Shown: positions 5,414 through 13,900 of the stretch, one piece after another | Layout of the letters: every line of letters begins with the position of its first letter | Numbering within the stretch: position 1 is the first letter of the stretch | Origin: a virus | Lineage: Duplodnaviria; Caudoviricetes | Virus record (IMG/VR): IMGVR_UViG_3300043756_000005 | Span: 1-24,969 of that record | Direction: 5' to 3' (one strand) | Length of the DNA: 24,969 nucleotides | Made by a program: the position numbers and the translations under genes | The notes under the pieces: model-generated | What the model was told of the DNA's origin: nothing | What the model saw: only the letters and a program-made list of their open reading frames with translations | Database searches by the model: none

Positions 5414-7660
5414 TCAGGACTGAACAATGATCGTCGCGCTGATGATGTTGCCCGACACGAGAGAGACACCGTTGTTCGTGTCGAACCAGTTGAAGGTGTT
5501 CGTGGACGCGCCCACCTGGAAGACGGTGAAGTTGTTCGCACCATTCGCCAGAAACGTCGCGGCAGCGTGGTAGAGCGAGCTACCGCTGGCGATGTAGTAG
5601 CCGGTCCCGGTCGTATCAACTCCGTTGTGGACCAGGCCCGCAGGCAGACTGAAATTGAGATTGCCGGCGGCTGCGAGGGTCGTAGTGGACCCGCAGACGA
5701 TCTTGACGTTCACGACCGTGGAAGACCCGATACGGCTGTACGAGGCGGTCATGGTGCCGTTCCCGAGGGTCAGCGCGCCGCCGCTGATGGTCGGCGTGTA
5801 GCTCGTGGTGGCACCGAGGTTGGAGGCCGTGAAGGTGCCGTCCGTCTGGAGAGCGCCGACACCCGAGCGGTACAGCGTGGTGTCTCGGTTGGCGGTGCCG
5901 GAACCGAGGTGGATCACGCCGTCTGCCGTCCATCGGATGCGGTCGTACTGGTCCGAGGTCATCCCGCCCGCGAGGACAGAGCTGGTGCTGTCCTTGCCGG
6001 ACGCGGCGAACAGACGCTGACCGTTCGCCTGGCCGGTGACACCGAGGGAGGTCGCGGCGGAGGCCGTGACGCTCACGCCAGAGGCGAAGTTCACGCCGTT
6101 GGTCGTCTCCAGCACAACCGAGGGGAGAGCAGTGAACCAGTTGCCGGCCGCAGCTCCGGTGCCCTCGAACGTCGAGTTGATGAACCTGACGGTCTGGCCC
6201 TGGGCGACGTTGACGGAATACTGCACACCAGCCGTGCCGGTGGCCACGATGGGCGAGCCGAACGAGCAGCCGGTAACGGTGCCGGTCGCGGTGCCGCTCC
6301 AGTTCAGGTCATAGTTCGTGCCGGTGGCGGCCGTGCCGCTCTGGCTGATGCAGAGGTCCCGAAGGTTGATCTGCTTGCCGGTCCCATCGACCTGGATGGC
6401 GTGCGAGCTGTTGTTGATGAACCGCATCTCGTTGCAGTGGATCTGGTAGGCCCCGCCAGCAACGCGGAGACCAACCGAGCCTTGCTGGATCACGCCGCCG
6501 TCGAGCTGGACGTTCTGCGGGCTGCCGTTCGGGCCGTCTTCGATCAGCACGCACGGGGCACCGCTCGGGCCAAGGGTGTCGAGGTTCTTGATGAACGAAG
6601 CCGCGGTACGTCCCTTGATGTGCAGCGAAGAGCCGGTGCCGGTGCTGACCCACGAGAAAAGATTGGTGATCAAGACATCCCAGGCGTCTTCGATCCGGAA
6701 GCCGTCGAGGTTGGAGCTGGCACCAACGGTCACGCCGGTCTGCATGATCTGGATGTCCGAGACGAAGCTGTTCAGAGCGAAGCCGGAAGCGGTGTTGCCC
6801 AGGAAGCGGATACCGCCCGCGCAAGAGCGCGCGATGATCTGGGAAAGCATCGTGCCGTCCGGGTTGCCGGTGGCCGAGGTGTTGGCCATGACGTTGACCG
6901 CCCAGCCGTTCACGTACCACATGTCACAGGCGTCCACCTTGGCGCGACGAGCGCCGACGATCTGAATGGCGTCAGCAACAGGGTTGTTGGTGGTCACCTG
7001 GTTCTGACCGTTGATCGAGAGACCAACCACCTGGCAGTTGTAGGCCGAGATGGTGACGGCCGCCGTGCCGGTGAAGGCCGGGCCGATCACCAGCTTGGAC
7101 GCCTCGGGACCGTTGCCCAGGAGGGTGACGGACGGGTTCGAGAGGGTGAGGCCGGCCGAGTTCAGCAGGTAGCTACCGGCCGGGAAGAACACCGGGTCGA
7201 GGTTGGTGGAAGTGGTCGCGTTGATCGCTGCCTGAATGGCTGCCGTGTCGTCCGTGACGCCATCGCCACGCGCCCCGTAGTCCCTGACGTTGACGTAGTT
7301 CAGGGCCGCCTTCGAGACGTAGTTGGCGTCCACGTACGCCCGGTCTCCGTGCGGGTCGTTCGCCACAAGGTGAGCGTCGAAGCGGTCGCCGACCGAGACG
7401 GAGGTCAGGGCGACCCGCCCGGCCCCGAAATCGACCCACAGCACCTCGAAGCCGTCAGGGCCGTAGAACTGGGGGAGCATGCCGTTCGTGCCGCAGACGA
7501 GCTGAGTGAGTGGAGCACCCTGAGTGTCGGTCAGGTCTGTGATGGTGTTGGCGGCTGCCGAAGGTCCGTCATAAGCAGTTCCGACCGCATTCGGGATACG
7601 AGCGCCGGTAGCGTCCTCAGCCGCACTGTCAACGGTTCCACCGAAGATATTTCGCGCCAT
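5414..7660 (-). CDS. Tail spike/fibre with pectate-lyase-like right-handed beta-helix (748 aa)
   Basis: NVRDYGARGDGVTDDTAAIQAAIN…VFFPAGSY is the Pectate_lyase_3-type start; G/T/N-rich beta-helix pattern follows. Confidence 0.85.
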   Translation of the reverse strand: MARNIFGGTVDSAAEDATGARIPNAVGTAYDGPSAAANTITDLTDTQGAPLTQLVCGTNGMLPQFYGPDGFEVLWVDFGAGRVALTSVSVGDRFDAHLVANDPHGDRAYVDANYVSKAALNYVNVRDYGARGDGVTDDTAAIQAAINATTSTNLDPVFFPAGSYLLNSAGLTLSNPSVTLLGNGPEASKLVIGPAFTGTAAVTISAYNCQVVGLSINGQNQVTTNNPVADAIQIVGARRAKVDACDMWYVNGWAVNVMANTSATGNPDGTMLSQIIARSCAGGIRFLGNTASGFALNSFVSDIQIMQTGVTVGASSNLDGFRIEDAWDVLITNLFSWVSTGTGSSLHIKGRTAASFIKNLDTLGPSGAPCVLIEDGPNGSPQNVQLDGGVIQQGSVGLRVAGGAYQIHCNEMRFINNSSHAIQVDGTGKQINLRDLCISQSGTAATGTNYDLNWSGTATGTVTGCSFGSPIVATGTAGVQYSVNVAQGQTVRFINSTFEGTGAAAGNWFTALPSVVLETTNGVNFASGVSVTASAATSLGVTGQANGQRLFAASGKDSTSSVLAGGMTSDQYDRIRWTADGVIHLGSGTANRDTTLYRSGVGALQTDGTFTASNLGATTSYTPTISGGALTLGNGTMTASYSRIGSSTVVNVKIVCGSTTTLAAAGNLNFSLPAGLVHNGVDTTGTGYYIASGSSLYHAAATFLANGANNFTVFQVGASTNTFNWFDTNNGVSLVSGNIISATIIVQS

Positions 7661-7669
7661 GCATTGTCC

Positions 7670-8740
7670 TTACTCGTTGAACTTGTTGGCCTCATAAACG
7701 CCACTGATGATGAGTTCCGAAGATGCCGGGAGCTTGATAAGGCCGTCGTATCCGGCAGCCGTAGAAGTCGGGCTGGGGTAGTCGAGGTAGAGCACCGAAG
7801 AGGCTCCGCCAGACGGAATCTCGCCGAGAACATGGATGATGTTCGGCAGACCGCCATTGAACTTCCCGTTGTAGATGTGGCCCGAGATGATCTGTCCCGT
7901 CTTTCCGCATGCGGGAACGGGCAGCGTGATGCCCATGTGCCATTCGGTCGAAGCGATGTCGATTTCCGAAACGGTGTAGATGTTCACCGAGAAGAACACC
8001 GTGTTGGGTGCAATCCAGCGCCACCGACCCGTTCGTGAGGCTTGGCCCACGGGAGTCTGAGACTTCGCATTTGCCACGGTCGGCGTGTAGAGCCGGGACT
8101 TCCCGTAGTCGCGGACTTCGAGAGAGGCGTCACGGCCTCGGAACCACTCGGTCTGGACATCGTTCGTGTTGCTGTCCATGTCCACGAACGTGGTGCCGAT
8201 AGGCAGCAGAGGAGCCGTCAGGCTCGCGTTCCACGGCACCGCGACGTTGCCGGGCACCTGGTAGGAGATGATCGAAGTAGCCGTCACCGTGCCGTTGTTG
8301 GCGGGCACGGACAGCGTGTAGAGAGGCATCTCCCAGCGGCCGTTAGGCGTCTTCGTGGGAGCCGGGGTGACCGGAGACGGGGCCGGCTGACCGGTCACGA
8401 TCGCCAGGTTCACCGAGCCCGCGGCGAGGTCTGCGCGGATGACCACCAGGTCTGTGCGAGGCACAGAACCGGTATTCGGCGCGATGTTCAGAGCGATGCT
8501 CGAAGTGAGCTGGTAATAGAAACCGCCCACAAAGGCATTGCCCGGCTGAATGGAAACCTGACCGTTGGAGATCGTGGCCCAGAAGGGCAGCGCGTTGCCT
8601 GCGTAGTTGGTCGAGGTGAGCTGGAAATCGACTCGATCCCCGCCCATCATCTTGGCCATGAGCTGCCACTGAGCCTGACTGACCATCTTCGTCCCGCCAC
8701 CGGAGCTGTCGGCAGCGAACGGGTAGCTGATTTCTGCCAT
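7670..8740 (-). CDS. Minor tail protein (356 aa)
   Basis: SYPF…QWQLM, VSIQPGNAFVGGFYY, PRTDLVVIR, WEMPL are typical of actinophage minor tail proteins; synteny. Confidence 0.8.
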   Translation of the reverse strand: MAEISYPFAADSSGGGTKMVSQAQWQLMAKMMGGDRVDFQLTSTNYAGNALPFWATISNGQVSIQPGNAFVGGFYYQLTSSIALNIAPNTGSVPRTDLVVIRADLAAGSVNLAIVTGQPAPSPVTPAPTKTPNGRWEMPLYTLSVPANNGTVTATSIISYQVPGNVAVPWNASLTAPLLPIGTTFVDMDSNTNDVQTEWFRGRDASLEVRDYGKSRLYTPTVANAKSQTPVGQASRTGRWRWIAPNTVFFSVNIYTVSEIDIASTEWHMGITLPVPACGKTGQIISGHIYNGKFNGGLPNIIHVLGEIPSGGASSVLYLDYPSPTSTAAGYDGLIKLPASSELIISGVYEANKFNE

Positions 8741-9972
8741 TAGAAACTCGCCTCTAGCTTCCTGAGTTGGGCACGCATTTTGGATACGATTCGGTAGATG
8801 TTGACTGGGATTCCGTTGGTCTGGATTCCAACGCCCGGAGTAACGCTGACGGTCTTACCGCCATCGGCCACGGAGATCAGGCATTCGCTGATCACGTCCG
8901 AGTAATCGACGCCGTTCACGTTCACGGTCACGATGTCGCCGACGTAGTAGTCACGGCCGAACTTCAGTTGCGGCGTGTCAATCGGGGTGATCTGAAACTG
9001 ACCGTTCTTCGCCCCGGCGAAGAGAGCCTGAGTGGCTGCGTCCTTCACGGCCTGGAGCGCGGACGTGTAGGCCGCGTCCGTGACGGTGGGATCGGCCTTG
9101 ATCGGCTGACCGGTCACCGGGTCTGCCTTCAGCGGCAGGTCTCGCCGGTCAACGAACTGCTCGATCGACAGGCCCCATTCGGCCTCAGAGTCGGTGTCGA
9201 TCTGCTGGTACATGTAGCGGCTGTTACCGGTGCCCTGGCAGGCCACGATGACGCGCGTGACGGTCGGGGCCGTCTCGGTCCACACGTACGCCTGAAGGTT
9301 GCCCAGGTCGTTGCTGAAGCGGACCGACTTGGACAGGTCCCGAGGAGCGAAGACGCTCAGGACGATCTTCTTCTGATTGGCGTCCCAGACGAACCGGTAG
9401 CCCGTGGTGCTGTTGTTGATCCAGCTTTCGAGCTTCGTCCCGATGACATCCCACGAGAGGTTGTCCGTGATGGTCGGGCCGGTGGTCGGCATGGCCGGCA
9501 CCACGAGATTCGGGATCTGCCGTCCAGCCGTGGCACCAGGGCCAAGGGCCGAGTTCAGCTCGTTCCAGACCAGCTGACTGGCCGGGCCTGAAACTGCCCT
9601 GGTGTCGTTGGTGGTGTTCCACTGCTTGTCCGGTGCCTGCGTCGGGTCAGGCAGAGCGAGGCGGTTGTACGCCAGCTTGTTGTCACACTTCCCGGTGACC
9701 ACGAGCTTCCCGTAACCGGTCTGTCCGTCGTTGGACCACTGGTGCTGGAAGCTCTCGATCTGCCCGGAGAAGACCGGCACGGATACGCCGTCCTGGTAGA
9801 CCCCGATGCCGCCTCCGGGCTGGAGAAGCTGTGTCTGGGCCACGTCGTCTTCGAGGACGAGAGACCAGGTGCCTTCCTGGCAATAGCGGATCATCAGGTC
9901 AAGCTGAATCCACGTGTCGATCATGCCTATTCGGTTCAGGTTGGCGTCGCGCACCTCGATTCGGTAGCCCAT
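8740..9972 (-). CDS. Minor tail/hub protein, ReqiPepy6 Gp37-like (410 aa)
   Basis: IEVRDANLNRIG, EQFVDRRD, FGRDYYVGDIVTV; follows Dit. Confidence 0.82.
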   Translation of the reverse strand: MGYRIEVRDANLNRIGMIDTWIQLDLMIRYCQEGTWSLVLEDDVAQTQLLQPGGGIGVYQDGVSVPVFSGQIESFQHQWSNDGQTGYGKLVVTGKCDNKLAYNRLALPDPTQAPDKQWNTTNDTRAVSGPASQLVWNELNSALGPGATAGRQIPNLVVPAMPTTGPTITDNLSWDVIGTKLESWINNSTTGYRFVWDANQKKIVLSVFAPRDLSKSVRFSNDLGNLQAYVWTETAPTVTRVIVACQGTGNSRYMYQQIDTDSEAEWGLSIEQFVDRRDLPLKADPVTGQPIKADPTVTDAAYTSALQAVKDAATQALFAGAKNGQFQITPIDTPQLKFGRDYYVGDIVTVNVNGVDYSDVISECLISVADGGKTVSVTPGVGIQTNGIPVNIYRIVSKMRAQLRKLEASF

Positions 9973-9983
9973 TCACACCTCTG

Positions 9984-10976
9984 TCAGTACGTCGAATATC
10001 GGGGGTTGAGCGTCATGGTCACGGAGGCTTCTCCGTCGCCTGCTATGGCGTTGATTTGCACCTGTGACGTGCCCTCGGGGATTGACCACAGCGAGGGATT
10101 CGGCCCCAACTGGGGCCAGTAATTCGTTCCCTGGTCATCCATCAGGGTTTTGAAGCCGGGACGGGTATCCACGGTCAGCGTTCGCCCGGCCGGCACTACG
10201 TCTGTGCCGTCCGAGTTGGCAGGGATCGCCCAGGACGAGCCGTCCGGGCCGGTCAGGGCGATGGAGCGGACCGGGCCTGTAACTGTCCAGATGGGCCACG
10301 CCTCGATGTCCCCGTTGTTGGTCACGGTGGCTGCACCAGAGACCGGGGTACCGCTGCTCAGGGTCAGCGGCAGGAACGGGCTGGCCAGGAAGGGCACTTC
10401 AGCGCCGAACGCCCAGGACTGGCCCACGGCGGTCTGTCCGTAGAACCAGGGATCGAAGGCAGTGAGCTGGATGCCGTAGCTGGTCCACGTGAAGCCGGAT
10501 GCGTCAGACGACTCGTCGCCTTCCATACCGGCCGTGTAGTAGCAAGTCAGAGTCCGCGGACTGCCATGGGACTCTTGGAACTTGAGGACGCAAGGGCCGT
10601 TCTTCGGGTTGAGAGCGTCGGCCAGCTTCCTCTTGAACTTCCGCAGCGATGAACGGTCAATTCCGTAGACGTAGAGCGGTAGCAGGACCAGGCGCGAAGT
10701 CGCCCTAGAGCCCCGGTAGATCGCTCCATCGAGATTCGGTGAGTCATCGGAATGCAACTCGACCGGAGGCATGTCCAGCCCGGTAGCGCCGGGCTGGAGC
10801 ACGATGGCCGGCCAACCTGCTGACGAGATGCCGGTCAGGGGGATCTCTTCCCCCTGACCGTTGCTTCCCGTGATCGACACGTACGTTCGCTGCCATTCCT
10901 GGGGGACCGGGGGAACCGGCCCCCCGCCTACCCATGCGCCATCAATGAGAAGTGGCGGCACTGCGGGAATGGGCAT
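9984..10976 (-). CDS. Distal tail (Dit)-like minor tail protein (330 aa)
   Basis: TGLDMPP, LTAFDPWFYG, NNGDIEAWPIWTVTGP; directly after the tape measure gene. Confidence 0.82.
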   Translation of the reverse strand: MPIPAVPPLLIDGAWVGGGPVPPVPQEWQRTYVSITGSNGQGEEIPLTGISSAGWPAIVLQPGATGLDMPPVELHSDDSPNLDGAIYRGSRATSRLVLLPLYVYGIDRSSLRKFKRKLADALNPKNGPCVLKFQESHGSPRTLTCYYTAGMEGDESSDASGFTWTSYGIQLTAFDPWFYGQTAVGQSWAFGAEVPFLASPFLPLTLSSGTPVSGAATVTNNGDIEAWPIWTVTGPVRSIALTGPDGSSWAIPANSDGTDVVPAGRTLTVDTRPGFKTLMDDQGTNYWPQLGPNPSLWSIPEGTSQVQINAIAGDGEASVTMTLNPRYSTY

Positions 10977-10990
10977 TGATCAACTCCTAA

Positions 10991-13900
10991 TCACGTGGTG
11001 CCGTACATCACCTCCGCGTAATGCATGGCTCGAAGAACCGATGCCGTGGTGTCTTCCGACTTGGCTTCATGGATGTGGATCTCGTACTTCGGGCCGAGAA
11101 GCCCAGCCGTCTCGCTGGCCGTACGGACCCGCTCACCACCTCGGAAAGACACCAACTCCGGACCGCGCTCGCCCACCAGGGCCAGGCCCGGCGAAGCAGA
11201 GAGCGTGCCGCTGGCGTAGGCCGGCACTGTGGTCTTGGTGGTGGTCTTCTTCTTTTTGGTGGTCGTCTTCTTCTTCACAGGCGGCTTGGCAACCGTCTGC
11301 GGCTTGCCCGTGAGCCAGGTCAGGAGCGTCGCAAGTGCGCTATTCATCGGCGTGCCAGAGCCGAAACGCAGGTTGCTTTCAAGGGTCTTGACGATGGTGT
11401 TCGCCATGTTCTCGATCTGCTTGACCACCGCGGAGTCTTGGCTTTGCAGGCCGTTGACGAGAGCCTGAGCCGACTTCTCGCCTGCCGCGTAGTACGACTT
11501 AGCCACCGTGTTCCCGAGGGAATCGGAGGCCGTACCGATAGCGGCATCACTGGCGTTGATGCTGGACACCTGGGCCTTGGTCGCCTGAAGCAGCGCTTCG
11601 GCCATGGACGCACCCTGATCGGGTCCGGCCTGGGCAACCTGGCTGATGATGTCCGGGCTGAACCCGGCCTTCGCCAGCTTGGTGATGTCGGCCTGGAATG
11701 CCTTGATCGCCGACACGCGGCCCTGGAGCCCCGCAACCGCAGCGTTGGCACTCATCCCGCCCGTACCGAAGATCGTGGCCAGTGTGGAGCTTGACTGAGC
11801 CGTGCTGGAGATCCCAGACGCCATGGACGCCTCGTCCGCCTGCACCTTGCTCAGCGCCGTCTGAGCGGCCTTCAGCTTGGTCGTGATCGTGGTCCGCTCG
11901 TTCACCAGGTTCGTGAGGGTCTTGTTCTCCCGACCGAGCCAGTTGTTCAGACTGTTCTCGGTACCCGAGCCAATACGGCCCTCGGTGAATGCCTTGGTGA
12001 TGATCTCGTACAACTTACTCACCGCAGTGCTAAGCCCAGAGAGACCCTTCTCCGCATCCACCACAATCCCGCTCTGAACCGTGCCGGTCGCATAGCCGTT
12101 GGAAACCCGGTTAGCTGCCAGCATCGAATCCGTGTGATTCAGGACCGTTTCCCCGCCACCGAAGTTCACGAGTTCCGGGCCTTCCTCACCGACCCATGCC
12201 CAACCACGCGCCGCACCGGTCGTGCCGGTCGCGTATCCCTGAGTTCCGGAAAGGGCCTGAGGCCACTTCGAGCCGTAACGGTGGATTGCGTAGTTCAGAC
12301 CCGCGAAGATGCTCGCCATCGGGTTAAGGATGCCGAGAGACTTGTACGGACCCGCATAGGTGTCGAAGGTGGAAGGAATGGTCTGCATGAGGCCCTGCGA
12401 AGGGTGGCCGGCCTTCGCATTCGAGTCCCAATTGTTGACGGCCCCCGGATTGCCACCGGACTCCACACCAATTCGGTGAAGCACCAGATCCGTGTAGGAC
12501 TCCGAGATGCCGAGCTGCGCGAGGGCAGCCCTAACCTGAGGCGTCCAACGAGAGACCGCGGACCCGTTACCCGGCTCGCTGAGAGCCTTCGTCGCAGTGC
12601 CAGTAACGTCCGGAGGAGTCATCCCCCTAAGCGTGCTGTGCTGCGAGAAGTCGAACAGTCCGTTCAGATTCGGCAGGGCATCCTTTGCGGTCGAGTAGAT
12701 ATTGCCGATGACTTCCTTGGCATATTTACCCGGTGCATTCCAGATTTTGCCCACTGACCCGGCCATGTCGATCACTGCATCGTATTCCGAGGTCACCAGG
12801 TCCCAGACCCCGGAGACGGCGTTTTCCACCGTGCCGACGGGATCAGTCACCAAATCCTTCGCAGTGCCGAAAACCGATTTCACAGAGTCCCAGGTGCCGG
12901 TAAAGAGATTCTTCACCGTATCGACCAGGACCGAGGGGGAGAACATGTCACCGACGAATTTCTCACCGCGATGGAGGACGTTTCCGTCACCCTTCCACAC
13001 GTCATTCCAGAAATTCTGACCGGCAATCGGGGCGAGAGCGCCACCGACAACACCGATCGCCTGGCCCACCGCAGTAGGCACCTTCTTCAAGAACTTCCAG
13101 GAATCCGCGGCCATGAAGTCGAAAAGGCCCTTGGCCTTCGTGGCGACATCCACACCGATATTCTCGCCAGCACCGGCACCCACATTGTGAATGCCCTGGC
13201 CGACCGAACCGCCAGCACCATCGGCACTGACGTCCATTCCCATATCCGCGATAGCAGCGAGAGCGTCAGGCGCGAAGTTGATCGACTTGGCAACGTCGAT
13301 CAGCTTGTTCAGGCCCAGCTTCTCCACCACGCCACCGAGGGCGTAGGGACGGCGGACGAGCTTGCCTCGGATGGCCATCGCGTTCCACGAGTTGATCCGG
13401 TCCGCACCGAGAGCCGCAGTGACCTCGGGACGAAGGACCGACTCACCGGGCGAGAGGATGGCCGGCACGGAGTCCACGCCAGGCGCGTAGCCCTCGATCA
13501 CACCACCGGTGGCCTTCTTGACCGGAGACACGGACGGACCGTGACCCCCACCAGGAGCCTTCTTGGCGATGGCATCAAGCGTCAGGTCCAGAGCGCCAGC
13601 AGCAACCTCGGCGTCAGACAGCGCCGTGCGAAGGCCCTTGATCGCGTTGGTGATCTGCTCCATGGACTTGGTGTCCACGGCGTTCAGCTCGCTCTTCAGG
13701 CTGAGCGGGTCAGCCCCACCCACCTTCGACGCCGCCTTGTCGGCTTCGTCGCGGATGCTGGTGAGCTGCTTGCGGATCTTGTCCAGCGTCTCCGCGTCGA
13801 GGATCACCAGGTCATCAATCACCGACTTGACCGAGGTCTTCAGTCCGTCCGTGACCGTGGTCGTCTCGGTGATCTGCTTGTCCACCGTCTTGAGCGAGTC

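Noticed and set aside
5567-8038. 823-aa plus-strand ORF
   Set aside because: Lies antisense to two well-supported tail genes; R/G/V-rich shadow frame typical of high-GC DNA
5414-8740. Diversity-generating retroelement or invertible tail-fibre cassette
   Set aside because: No reverse transcriptase, recombinase, long template repeat or inverted cassette seen
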